Source of the DNA: Candidatus Poribacteria bacterium
Lineage (GTDB): Bacteria; Poribacteria; WGA-4E; JAJDTR01
DNA length: 64,000 bases
Reading direction: 5' to 3'
Assembly: GCA_965222225.1 (NCBI GenBank)
Contig: CBDCTK010000002.1
Span: 1,984,001-2,048,000, forward strand
The position numbers were made by a program, and so were the translations under genes. Of this stretch, positions 10,068-20,188 are shown one piece after another (position 1 is the stretch's first letter; every line of letters begins with the position of its first letter). The notes beneath the pieces are model-generated. The model saw only the letters and a list, made by a program, of their open reading frames with translations. It did not search any database and was not told the DNA's origin.

Positions 10068-11240
10068 CTAAAACGCCTCGAACGCTCCGTCGCGCGCAAT
10101 CAGAACGATTGGGTCATACACCGCGTCGCCGACGGCTTCGAAAGAGAAGCTGCCGAGAACGGTCTCAAAGTCGCTTGTGCCAGCCAACGCCTCCCGTATC
10201 GCACCCGAATCGGTTGACCCAGCCTCAGAAATCGCATTCACTAAGAGTTTCACGGACGTGTATGACAATGCGCTAAAAACCGAGGGCGCCGCGTCGTATT
10301 TCGCGGTGTAGTTCCGGACAAACGCCTGATTCCCCGGAGTTTCCGCCGTACCGGACCAAGCGGTAAACGTAATTGCCCCCTCCGCGGCTGTGCCCGCCTC
10401 CTGCACTTCGCCCAAACTCAGCAACGGTACAATTAAAGGTACATCGTCGGGAATCCCGACTTCGCGCCCCTGAACGAGTATCTTCGTCTGGTCAAACGAG
10501 TTCGCCGCGACAAGAACCGCCTCCGGATTCAAGTCCCGAATCCGCGTTAACTGGGCACGCAGATCTGCCTCGCGGGTAGTGAACGTCTCTGTCGTCAAAA
10601 TATCAACGCCAATCGCCGTGAGCGTCTCCGAATACACGTCATTGGTGCTGCGGGAGAACAGATCGAGGGTGTCAACTATAATTGCGACGCGCTGATACCC
10701 CAGTTTTTCTTGTGTAAGGTGTACACCAGGTGGGATCAGTTTGTCCACGGTCAGGTTCACGCGAAAAACAAAGTCCCCAAGCGCGCTCAGTCCTTGCGAC
10801 GCGGATGTCGGCGCAATTGCCACAATTTGATTCTCTTCCGCCACCGGGAAGGCTATCTCCGTTAGGGTCAATGTGGCGGGGCCCAGAAGCGCGACCACCC
10901 CGTCCTCGTGGATCAGCTTGTTGTATGCCGCAATTGCGCCCTCTGGTGTGCTCTTATTATCCTCAAGGATGAAGCGGATCTGCGGCGGCGCGAGCTGTGT
11001 GCTGTTAATCTCGTCGCGCGCCAAATAGAAGCCGTTTAGATACCTGATTATGTCCGGGTCGTCGGGGCCGTCGACGAAGGCGCCGGACTGCGGCATCACC
11101 ACGCCGATGAGGAGTTCATCGGGCAACGGCGTCGGCGCTTCGCCGCCGGAGAGAACCGACACCAATTCCTCACAGCCGCAAAGCCCCAAGATGAGCGCGG
11201 CGCTTATAACCAATAAACAGATTTTCTTGATAGGATTCAC
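10068..11240 (-). CDS. LivJ-like ABC substrate-binding lipoprotein (paralogue of 8159-9355)
   Basis: Lipobox LCGC; shared motifs ELVSVLSGG, TPGNQAFV, AVYDP. Confidence 0.88.
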   Translation of the reverse strand: MNPIKKICLLVISAALILGLCGCEELVSVLSGGEAPTPLPDELLIGVVMPQSGAFVDGPDDPDIIRYLNGFYLARDEINSTQLAPPQIRFILEDNKSTPEGAIAAYNKLIHEDGVVALLGPATLTLTEIAFPVAEENQIVAIAPTSASQGLSALGDFVFRVNLTVDKLIPPGVHLTQEKLGYQRVAIIVDTLDLFSRSTNDVYSETLTAIGVDILTTETFTTREADLRAQLTRIRDLNPEAVLVAANSFDQTKILVQGREVGIPDDVPLIVPLLSLGEVQEAGTAAEGAITFTAWSGTAETPGNQAFVRNYTAKYDAAPSVFSALSYTSVKLLVNAISEAGSTDSGAIREALAGTSDFETVLGSFSFEAVGDAVYDPIVLIARDGAFEAF

Positions 11241-11711
11241 TATGTTGGGCCTCCTTAATTCATTGCAATTTGTTGTAGGAATGAAACATATGCATCGTAG
11301 GTGAGGGGACGACTCGTTCCCCCTGTGAACGCGAGTATTTTATCCAACTCGGCGACATAATTCAAGCCCGTTGCGAAGCCTTGGGGCGCTAATCTGCCGA
11401 GTTGCCCTGTTACGTTCCCGGTTCCGCTTGCGTCTGATGGCGGGCTACTGTTAAACGGTAGCCGTGATGGCAGCGTTTCTTGGCGCAGAAGTTGTCCACA
11501 TTCAACGCACCGGATATGGTCTAACCCGCTTACCGGGGGTTCGGCGGTGCTACCGGATTGCGGCGACCGAGACATGAGGATAGGGACTATTCGTGCGGTT
11601 ACACGGAATTTGGGGGTTGGTTGGGGGGATTTTTTGAGGGCGTAGGCGGCATGCGATCGGCATGAAGTGACCCCGAAAATCTCGTCAGTTTGCTTGAAAT
11701 TTCAATATATC

Positions 11712-11739
11712 TTGCTTGGAAGGTGAGATATGGTATAAT
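11712..11739 (+). promoter_or_regulatory. Sigma70-like promoter
   Basis: TTGCTT-16 nt-TATAAT with extended -10 TG, upstream of GAGGAGG RBS. Confidence 0.45.
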
Positions 11740-11772
11740 CTAGGTAGTTATTCAACGAGGAGGAAGATTATC

Positions 11773-12000
11773 ATGGCAACAGAGAAGGAAAAGATTCACA
11801 TGGCATCGCCTGCCATCGACTCAATGCCAGGACGAACAGCGGAAGCAGACCACGAGGAGTGGGATGGAACGCAAGAGTTGCTTGATGATCCTGTCTTTAT
11901 GAAAAGCCATGAACGGGCGGAGAGGGACAGGGCAAATGGAGTCTCAAAGAAGTTTGCGGAAATCAGAAGAATTGAATTGCTCTGTCGAACAATCTCGTAA
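11773..12000 (+). CDS. Small antitoxin-like protein
   Basis: Strong RBS. EEWDGTQELLDDPVFMKSHERAERD resembles the C-terminal part of type II antitoxins. Confidence 0.45.
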   Translation: MATEKEKIHMASPAIDSMPGRTAEADHEEWDGTQELLDDPVFMKSHERAERDRANGVSKKFAEIRRIELLCRTIS

Positions 12001-12240
12001 CGGGAGCTAAAAAGGATTAACCTTCCTCTTTGATGACCGATAGTATCGCACGTGATCCCTCTCCCGTAAATTCCCACAAGTTACTAGACCCTTCACGAAT
12101 CGCCTCCAATGAAACCGAAATCTGTAACTGGACAATATGAGCAAGTAGAATAATCTTCGGGACCGAGAGTCTGAAGATAAATATCTATCCTAAAGGCGGG
12201 GAACATCCGACCAATCCTTCCGCATTGAAGGAAATAAGAG

Positions 12241-13610
12241 ATGACAGAGGAACGAAAGCAGGAACTGAGGCGGTTGCTTGAGGAAGCGATGGGGGATCTG
12301 GAAATACGATCGCGTTTACGCGATAGGGATTCATTGCCTGTGGATGTACATACATATAGACAGTACCTACAACTACTTTGGACATTTTATCCATCATATT
12401 CCTTATGGGGGCCAATGAGTTTTGAACCTGAGATGGTAAGTAAGGTGACTCAATCAAAAATCATCGGCTTTATCAGAGATGAATTTGCTCCATTTATTCA
12501 CGAAGACAAGATTTTGTCCGCTCGTCGTTTGTACAAGGTGGTCCAGACCATGGATTGCCTCTGGAGAGACCTCTGGCGCAACTTCTGAAAATTGCCGTTG
12601 TTAAGGGAATTGAGGAGTCGGTATCGGCTTTTGATGAGTATGTTGGAGGGACACATGATGGTTCTTTTCAGTATATTGCACTACTTAGCGGAGTAACGCT
12701 AAGAACAGAAATCCAAGTCTTTGAGGGAATTCGGCTTGTCCCGCTTCCTAATTCAACATCAGAACTCCCGCGCTATTTACCTGATCCTTCTGTCCTTCCG
12801 TTTGGAATGTTCGCCTCCCAGTATACAGTGCTCATCATTGATCTCTTTGTATCTCCAATATTACACAGGCCTCTCCCAAGAACAATTCAAGAATACTCCG
12901 AGCTAGTAAATCCCCTATTTCGGGATGAAGTAAGTAGCGGGAAGCGTGTAGGCCTCAAGGAGAATGATTTCTATAAGACGTTCTGTCAAGCATTGTCTCT
13001 AGCTTACAATTTCGCGGTGGAAACTGTTGTTAAATGGCGATTGTCAGCGGAGACTGATTTCTTCCATCCGTACAACGAAGAGGGAATAGTTCATACTTCT
13101 TCTCCGCTTGATAGTCCTACTGAGGTCGGAGATGATCAGATGGAGCAAGCCAAACGCATATACAAGATATTGGTCAACCCGAATTCAGAGGTTGTGGCAA
13201 AATTGAAGATACCGATTGACAGATGGATAAAGTCGAAAGCAGGAACAGATCCTGTCAATAAAATTATTGACTTAGGCATAGCTCTAGAAGCCCTCTATGT
13301 ACAAGATGGTGGCGGGGATATCACTTATAAATTTGCTATTCGTGCTGCTCGGCACTTGGGAGCGGACAAAGAGGATCCCGAGAAGTTGCCGACAAAGTTC
13401 AAAGACATATATAGGTGCCGTTCTAATGCGGTTCATAGCGGAACACTTGACCCAGATGCTAGATTTGGAGAAGAGCGGATTCCTATATCAGAGTTTATCG
13501 AAAGAGCGCAGGGCTTATGTCGACAATCTATAATACAGATTGTGAAAGATGCAAAGGAAGATGGGGAATTCCCCGAGTGGGATAGTTTGATATTGGGCAG
13601 CAAACCTTGA
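12241..13610 (+). CDS. ApeA-like HEPN domain protein (frameshift near 12520)
   Basis: ORFs 12241-12588 and 12555-13610 overlap and read as one gene. C-terminal DLGIALEALY...YRCRSNAVH (Rx4H HEPN motif). Confidence 0.72.
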
Positions 13611-13636
13611 CGGGTAAGATCAACCTTGAATATAAT
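13607..13636 (+). promoter_or_regulatory. Sigma70-like promoter
   Basis: TTGACG-18 nt-TATAAT upstream of the ATPase gene. Confidence 0.4.
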
Positions 13637-13746
13637 GGCAGGCATGAACTGAACTCAGTGGATAGTTGAGAACCGTAATCGTTGTGCGATGGCTGGCGAA
13701 AGAAGATTGACTAACCGAGCAAGGCGTTCAAATAAGGAGTTGTAGC

Positions 13747-14868
13747 ATGTTACGAAAACTCGAAGTAAAGGGTCTGAATAACCGCGTTAATGGTGCTTGG
13801 GAATTCAATGAAGATTTGAACATTATTACGGGAAAGAATGGCGCAGGAAAAACAACCTTATTGAAACTTATTTGGTTCTTAATCAGTGGTAATCTTGAGC
13901 GATTTATTCCCGAGTTTCCGTTTCGGTCAGTTTCTATCGAAACTGATTCGTTTTCGCTGTTTATTGAGGTTGCGTCTAGAAAGGGGAAACTTCGTCTCGA
14001 GTCTGCTGAGCACAGTCCAATGGAGACGGAAATTAGCATACCATTACTAACGCCAGATGATGAAGAAATACACAAGTTTAACGTCCGCATTGCAAAGGCG
14101 AAGCAGAGCAGTCTATTCTTTCCAACCTTTCGAAGACTTGAAGGGGGTTTTGCCAGGGATTCTGGATACTATGTGGAGGAGGATTCAGTTGCGTACCATG
14201 CTGATCGACGCGCCCGAAGATTTGGAGATCGAGCGACAGAACTGCTTCAGGATGCGATGTCGGGGTTTTCAACTGAGATATCGGTTTATGATCACAAATT
14301 CATCGCTTCAATTTCAACCAACGACATACGTGACCTTGTCACGGAGAAATACGCCGATGTGATGGGAAAGAGAAATGATCTTAATGTAAATTTGTCGAAA
14401 GACATTATACAGAGAATCTCCAAACGCAGTGAAACCGACGATGCAATCCGAATATTGGACGGCATTCAGAAAACAGTTGAATCGGTGAATGAGCAACAAG
14501 ATGCGTTATGGAAGCCCTTTTCTGTGTTAGCGGAGCGAATTCGGGGCATTTTTCAATACGAAGGAGTTCGCCTCACAGCGAGCATTACACTTGGAGAGGT
14601 GAAGGAGGCTATCGAATCTGATAAACTTTCTGCTGGCGAGCAGCAGATGCTCAGTTTTCTGTGCTACAATATCTTTTGCGAAGACGCAGCTATTTTCATT
14701 GATGAGCCAGAGTTAAGCCTCCACGTAGACTGGCAAAGACGTCTACTACCAACTTTGCTTGAACAGGGTACGGGCAACCAGTTTTTCATTGCCACACACT
14801 CGCCGTTCATCTATGCCAAGTATCCTGACAAAGAGATTCAGTTAAGCGAAGACCGCGGAGGAGATTGA
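13747..14868 (+). CDS. ABC/AAA_21-type ATPase (PARIS AriA-like)
   Basis: Walker A GKNGAGKT, LSAGEQQ signature, Walker B IFIDEPELSLH, ATHSP. Confidence 0.85.
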   Translation: MLRKLEVKGLNNRVNGAWEFNEDLNIITGKNGAGKTTLLKLIWFLISGNLERFIPEFPFRSVSIETDSFSLFIEVASRKGKLRLESAEHSPMETEISIPLLTPDDEEIHKFNVRIAKAKQSSLFFPTFRRLEGGFARDSGYYVEEDSVAYHADRRARRFGDRATELLQDAMSGFSTEISVYDHKFIASISTNDIRDLVTEKYADVMGKRNDLNVNLSKDIIQRISKRSETDDAIRILDGIQKTVESVNEQQDALWKPFSVLAERIRGIFQYEGVRLTASITLGEVKEAIESDKLSAGEQQMLSFLCYNIFCEDAAIFIDEPELSLHVDWQRRLLPTLLEQGTGNQFFIATHSPFIYAKYPDKEIQLSEDRGGD

Positions 14869-15629
14869 TGCCAAAAACAGATTTGACGGTAGATGAATGG
14901 GTGGCGGCGCTTGGTCACGCGGAATTTCCAACGGTCATCGTTGAAGGCGATGACGACATGCGAATATATCGGTGGCTGGAAGAGCGCGTTAGTAATCAGA
15001 AGGTAGATGTGCAGCCTGTAGGCGGTAGAAAGACTCTTCTCTCGGTATACGCGAGGAGAGATGAATATGCTGATTTGCCAGTTGCTTTTTTAGCCGACAG
15101 GGATTTGTGGTTGTTCTCGGGGATCCCGCCGGACTATCCAGACATCATTTGGACCCAAGGGTACAGCATTGAGAATGATCTCTACGCAGGTGCCGATTTG
15201 GAAAAGTTGTTAGATGCCCATGAAGTTCAAGAACACCGACAGCTATTAGATTCAATCATCAAATGGTTTGCGTTTGAAGTCGAAGAGTATTTGGAAGGAA
15301 GGGATGCGCACGTTGATATACACATCAACAGAGTTGTACCGCCAGGTTGGACCGAAATGGATAGAGATTTCTGCACATGTCGCGGATTTCGTTTGCCTAA
15401 TGAGGAACTCCATCAAGAAATAAAGGACGAATATCAGTTTAAGCTGAGAGGCAAATCGCTGTTTGAGGTACTGGTTCGCTTTCTAAATGCTCCGAGTCGT
15501 GGTTCCAAACATAACACCTTACCACTTCACGAGATTGCGTTGAAGATGACACCATCTCACGAATTGATGAATCGGTTGATAAAGGAGATAGACCGCACAA
15601 TCGCGGAACACACGCCAGTGAGTCGATGA
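14865..15629 (+). CDS. DUF4435 / TOPRIM-like protein (PARIS AriB-like)
   Basis: IVEGDDD, GGR, FLADRD, YSIENDLY and RGK motifs; coupled to the ATPase stop. Confidence 0.75.
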   Translation: MMPKTDLTVDEWVAALGHAEFPTVIVEGDDDMRIYRWLEERVSNQKVDVQPVGGRKTLLSVYARRDEYADLPVAFLADRDLWLFSGIPPDYPDIIWTQGYSIENDLYAGADLEKLLDAHEVQEHRQLLDSIIKWFAFEVEEYLEGRDAHVDIHINRVVPPGWTEMDRDFCTCRGFRLPNEELHQEIKDEYQFKLRGKSLFEVLVRFLNAPSRGSKHNTLPLHEIALKMTPSHELMNRLIKEIDRTIAEHTPVSR

Positions 15630-15733
15630 AATGAATATAGCAATACACATGGAATACATAATTGTTTGCTGATGCCAAATCGGCTAAGTAGGAATCGGGA
15701 ACTATCAAAAATTGATGTGTAAGGATACATATC

Positions 15734-16897
15734 ATGGCTAAATCTGTGAAAGCACTCATTACGCCGGAAGTTCTCAAGTGGACGCGTGAAAGACGCATCA
15801 AAATGTCCCTTGACTATGCGGTGAAGAAATTAGATGTAAAGCCCGATCAACTTGAGAAGTGGGAAGCAGGGACGGATCAGCCTTCCTTCGCGCAATTGAA
15901 GGCGATCGCCAAGCTCTACAGAACGCACATCTCTGTTTTCTATTTGCCGGAGCCACCTACTGAATTTAAACTGCTCGCGGATCACCGCAGATTGCCGGAG
16001 TCTCTCATTGCAGACGATGAGCAAGCGTATAAATTGAATTCCAACGTTCTAGAGGCGTTTGAGCGGCGAGAGGCGATTATTGAATTTTATGGATTGTTGG
16101 AGGATCCCCCGCCTGAAGTAACGCTGGAGCTGGATGAAACAGATAATCCGGAGCGTGCCGCACAAGAAATTAGAGAATTTCTTCAGTTTAATACTGGACT
16201 GCTACAACAATGTAATGATGATCGTGCCACGTTGAAATTTTGGAGAGAACGACTCGAAGCTAAGGGAATTCTCGTGTGTCAGACATCCGTCAACCCACAT
16301 CTCTCCATTGCACTGCAAACTGTGCGAGGGTTTTGCATCGCACAGAAACCGTTTCCGGTGATTGTGCTCAACCCCAAAGACAGCCCTTACGGTCGCGTAT
16401 TTACCATCATTCACGAGTTGGTACACGTTGCACTTGGGAAAAGCGTCATACAGAACACGGGATTTAGGGGGCATGCGAATCTGAACCCGACTGAAGTCTT
16501 CTGCAATGAGGTGGCTGGTGAAGTCTTGGTTCCCAAGGATGAATTGTTAGAGAGAGTTAATCTGCATACGCTTGAAACAGACCTTCCTAAACTCTCCAAA
16601 CACTTTCATGTGAGTCGCGGGGCCATTATGACACGGTTGCGAACAATTGGTTATATTTCGAAACCAACCTACGAAGCGTATATACAGAGCCAACAGGAAA
16701 AGTATAAAGATAGTCCACCCACCGGCGGACCTATACCGTATCATACGCGGCTGCTTAATGCTGCCGGAGAGCACTTCGCGCGAACCGCTTTTACGGCTTA
16801 TTACGAGCAGAAAATCACACTCGCCGATTTAGCTGCTTCCTTTTCCAAGTGCGATCCAAAACACATTCCCAAACTTGAAAGCGCTATCTTCGCATGA
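15734..16897 (+). CDS. XRE-HTH plus ImmA/IrrE family metallopeptidase
   Basis: N-terminal HTH (KWEAGTDQPSFAQL), FTIIHELVH (HExxH), EVFCNEVAGEVLVP. Confidence 0.88.
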   Translation: MAKSVKALITPEVLKWTRERRIKMSLDYAVKKLDVKPDQLEKWEAGTDQPSFAQLKAIAKLYRTHISVFYLPEPPTEFKLLADHRRLPESLIADDEQAYKLNSNVLEAFERREAIIEFYGLLEDPPPEVTLELDETDNPERAAQEIREFLQFNTGLLQQCNDDRATLKFWRERLEAKGILVCQTSVNPHLSIALQTVRGFCIAQKPFPVIVLNPKDSPYGRVFTIIHELVHVALGKSVIQNTGFRGHANLNPTEVFCNEVAGEVLVPKDELLERVNLHTLETDLPKLSKHFHVSRGAIMTRLRTIGYISKPTYEAYIQSQQEKYKDSPPTGGPIPYHTRLLNAAGEHFARTAFTAYYEQKITLADLAASFSKCDPKHIPKLESAIFA

Positions 16898-17391
16898 ATT
16901 CGCTGTTCAATCAAAACATGGTCGTTTACAGCCTTGACCTCAGTGCGCTGTTTGCTGCTTTTAACGAGCGGTATCCAATCGCAAATTTCCCCGCTTTTTG
17001 GTGCAAATTCGAGGAATTAATCAAAAACGATCGACTGAAAATTGCGGAAATTGCTTTCGATGAAGCACTCAGAGACGAAGGCGTTAAGAAATGGTGTAAA
17101 GAGAATCAATTAAGACCAAATTTCCGATGGGCAACTAATGACCCTATACAGCGTAAGGTTAGTGAGATACTAAAGCTATTCCCAAAACTGCTAGACGATC
17201 GGCGGGGAAAATCAGGCGACGACCCATGGGTGATTGCTTTAGCAATGGTATCCCAGAACTGCATCGTCGTGACCGAAGAAAAGCCGACGGGTAGTCCGCT
17301 TAGACCTAAAATCCCTGATGTCTGTGCTCATTTTAACCTTCAGTGTATTCAACTGGTCGAACTTGTACAAAGAGAGAATTGGGTCTTTTAG
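16894..17391 (+). CDS. DUF4411 / PIN-like protein
   Basis: YSLDLSA, DPWVIALA, VVTEE, KIPDVC; ATGA overlap with the IrrE gene. Confidence 0.8.
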   Translation: MNSLFNQNMVVYSLDLSALFAAFNERYPIANFPAFWCKFEELIKNDRLKIAEIAFDEALRDEGVKKWCKENQLRPNFRWATNDPIQRKVSEILKLFPKLLDDRRGKSGDDPWVIALAMVSQNCIVVTEEKPTGSPLRPKIPDVCAHFNLQCIQLVELVQRENWVF

Positions 17392-17539
17392 CGAAGAATC
17401 CGGTAGGCAACTGAACTTTCGGGGTGGGAGTATGTCGGATGATGTGACGCTGGCGCCTAGTGAATTCAGCGCGACTCGGAACATGCTGATTCGGTAGCAG
17501 CACAAGGTAACAAGCCAGAATAAAAGGCTGGTGCGCAGG

Positions 17540-17575
17540 GGATCTCTATCGCAGTCATTGTTCATTCCCTTGATC
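17540..17575 (+). repeat. Covarying-hairpin element inserted in a family C REP
   Basis: ggtgcgcag[gggatctctatcgc...ttgat]cgcaccctac. Confidence 0.85.
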
Positions 17576-17704
17576 GCACCCTACAACTATTATGACAAGC
17601 TTAGCACGTACGAAGGGCCAACGTCCCCTCGTTAGAATCACGGGGCATACTGAAAGTTGGGGTACATTTTCCGACTCAAACGCGCAAACGAAAGGAGTCA
17701 GACA

Positions 17705-18237
17705 ATGATAAACGGTAGAGTGGCAATTCTTCGGATCGTCACCTGCGCGATTGGGGTCGTAGTTTTTCCCCTACTGCTTTTTAGCTTTATTCCATACGCA
17801 TCGGGTCTTGATGCCTGAGTATTCGGCTATGAGGCTCATGTATGGGATTCTTATGCTTTCTTGCCAGCTATGGGACTGCCATTTCCATTTATCCTGTCGA
17901 TTGCTGGCATTGGGGCTCTTCTCGGCCTCCTGCCGGGGATCGCTTGGGCGATTGACCATAGGTCGGCGCGGCGGCGAGTGACGAAGAGGTTGAGCGGCTC
18001 TCGAAACGTTTCTCCGAGATTCTCGAAAGCGGGAAATTGACTTCGGAGCGCCTTGATGAGCTTATTGACGCTGCGGAGGAGATGGCGATTGATGCCTATG
18101 CGCAAATCTATGGAAACGCGTTGCTTGAGGCGTTTGATAAAGAAGTGCTTCGGGAGGCGTTAATAGCAACCAGCTCAGGCATCGGCGCGGAGCAGACGGA
18201 GCCGGAGGAAGCAGAGCAGGAACGGGAAGGTGAATGA
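17705..18237 (+). pseudogene. Disrupted hypothetical membrane protein
   Basis: AAGGAG RBS and ATG, hydrophobic segments spread over several frames, acidic C-terminal ORF 18037-18237. Confidence 0.3.
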
Positions 18238-18428
18238 GTTGTGTTGGAGCGAGCCGGGGGTTCAAAGTAAGGTTTCGGAGCCGCAGGAAGGGAAATCAAC
18301 GGGGTGATGATTGAAGATTGTTCCTGCAGGAATATGAAATAGAGAAACCGAGTTTTAAGAAAAAAAGTCTGCTTCTTCCTCCTATCTTTTCCTTCTTCCT
18401 CACTCTCCACTAGCCACTCACCACTGTT

Positions 18429-19421
18429 CTATCGATTTCCGTGTTTTACCTGCTCCCACGTCATAATCAGCTTGTCCTCTGGAGAAACCAACGTTGGTGA
18501 AGTATCCAACCATGTTCCGCTGTTATCATCTGCCGGATGATTTGTGAGATCAAGAGGATTAGAGCCATCGACGTTCATGCTGTAGATTTCAAAGTTGCCA
18601 TCGCGCACGGTATTGAAAAGAATCTGAGATCCGTCCGGCGACCGCCATGGCCCCGCATCCCATCCACGGTGATTGGAAAGATTGACCGGATGTGTTCCGT
18701 CGACATTCACCACGAAGACATCCATATCCAAGACCTCGCCGATGTCCGATTGAAACGCTATTTTGGTCCCGTCCGGCGACCAAGAAGCGTGTGTGGAGTC
18801 CGTGAAACCATCCGTAAGATTAGTCAAATTCGAACCGTCGGCGTTCACGACATAGATGCTCCGGAGAAAGTCGGGATCCGCAAGCCCGAGAAAAGCAACC
18901 TTTGTTCTGACCGGCGACCAAGAAAGAAATCCTGTGCTGCTACCGGGAAGATCAGCCAGTTTGACGCGCCCGGAACCGTCAGCGTTCATGACGAAGATTT
19001 CCCAGTCTCCGTTGCGATCCGACTCGAACACAATCTCCATAGCATCTGGAGACCAGCGCGGGTGTTTGTCCCATCCTTCGTCATTCGTAAGATTCACACG
19101 ATTAGCGCCGTTTGAATTCATGACGAAGATTTCCGCAGGTCCCCGCACCACGTCTAGCACGCCACCGTCGTTCACAAACCTCTGGTCGCCGGGGCGTTCT
19201 GATGCGACGAGAATCTTCGTGCCATCGGGCGACCAGACTAGGTTTGCGCGTACGTCAAGTTCCTCGTATAGATTAACAGGGTCGGTACCGTCAGGGTTCA
19301 TTACGAAGAGCGAATACCTATCGCCATCCCGGTTCGACGAAAAAAGAATGCGCGTGTCGGCAAAAACCCGAATCGCTACTGCCATCAAAACCAACATCAG
19401 AACAACTATCAGATATTTCAT
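18429..19421 (-). CDS. Exported TolB-like (PD40 repeat) protein
   Basis: Signal peptide, repeated WSPDG.KI.F.S.R.G..EIFVMNADG, C-terminal VSPEDKLIMTWEQVK. Confidence 0.88.
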   Translation of the reverse strand: MKYLIVVLMLVLMAVAIRVFADTRILFSSNRDGDRYSLFVMNPDGTDPVNLYEELDVRANLVWSPDGTKILVASERPGDQRFVNDGGVLDVVRGPAEIFVMNSNGANRVNLTNDEGWDKHPRWSPDAMEIVFESDRNGDWEIFVMNADGSGRVKLADLPGSSTGFLSWSPVRTKVAFLGLADPDFLRSIYVVNADGSNLTNLTDGFTDSTHASWSPDGTKIAFQSDIGEVLDMDVFVVNVDGTHPVNLSNHRGWDAGPWRSPDGSQILFNTVRDGNFEIYSMNVDGSNPLDLTNHPADDNSGTWLDTSPTLVSPEDKLIMTWEQVKHGNR

Positions 19422-19691
19422 TGCACGCCTTCCTTACAAGTCGGATAAATGCTCTGTCACCTTCTATTTCGTGAAAACTCTTGGGTCAACCGACGTGAAG
19501 CGAATCCCACCCAATCTCCCGTTGCGCGATTGTATCACAAAGCGTCTAGCAACGCAAACGGCACCTAATTGTACGGGATCGAGTGAACGAATTTAGGCTT
19601 GTCTAGAATTAGATTCGACCGCAAACAGATCAGGTTTTCTGTTTCCTTCCTTTTGCGCCCGTGCTATAATGACAGCGATGGGGGCTATGAC

Positions 19692-19907
19692 ATGGACAAG
19701 ACAATCATCTCGGTGGCAGTCGTGGGCGGGGGATCGACGAAAGAAATGAATCCGGCGCTGCCGTATACGCCGAAGGAGATAGCCGACGCCGCAATCGAAT
19801 GCTGCGCGACGGGTGCGGCGATTACGCACATCCACGTCCGCAACCCCGAAACCGGAATCGTGTGTTCACGGTTTGAACTCTTCCAAGAGGATCAAGCGAA
19901 TGGATAA
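19692..19907 (+). pseudogene. Truncated 3-keto-5-aminohexanoate cleavage (Kce/BKACE, DUF849) gene
   Basis: [12 protein letters not shown]...[12 protein letters not shown]...[10 protein letters not shown]. Ends after about 71 aa in a hairpin element. Confidence 0.8.
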
Positions 19908-20095
19908 TGAGCGCGATAGCAAGTCCCGCGCGATAGAAAGTTTTGATAGATATCCTCTCGCCCACCATCACCTCAGACTCGGTAGGAGCGATTTCCCGAT
20001 CGCGACCGATTGACCGACTGAATAAGGATCAAATGACCGGTTAGGGAGTGCGATAGGGATCTTTTCGCGATAGAGAATATTGATAGAGATCCCAA
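19890..20095 (-). repeat. Covarying-hairpin element cluster
   Basis: Cores at 19890-19919 and 20027-20056, iterated tails, REP near 19982. Confidence 0.85.
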
Positions 20096-20188
20096 CAGTC
20101 GTTGCTAAGGTTCTCCGACAGGGAAGGCTGATGTTCAAGAAATAGCGTAGGAGATGAAACTCAAACAACGCAGATAGGAGACTAAGAT

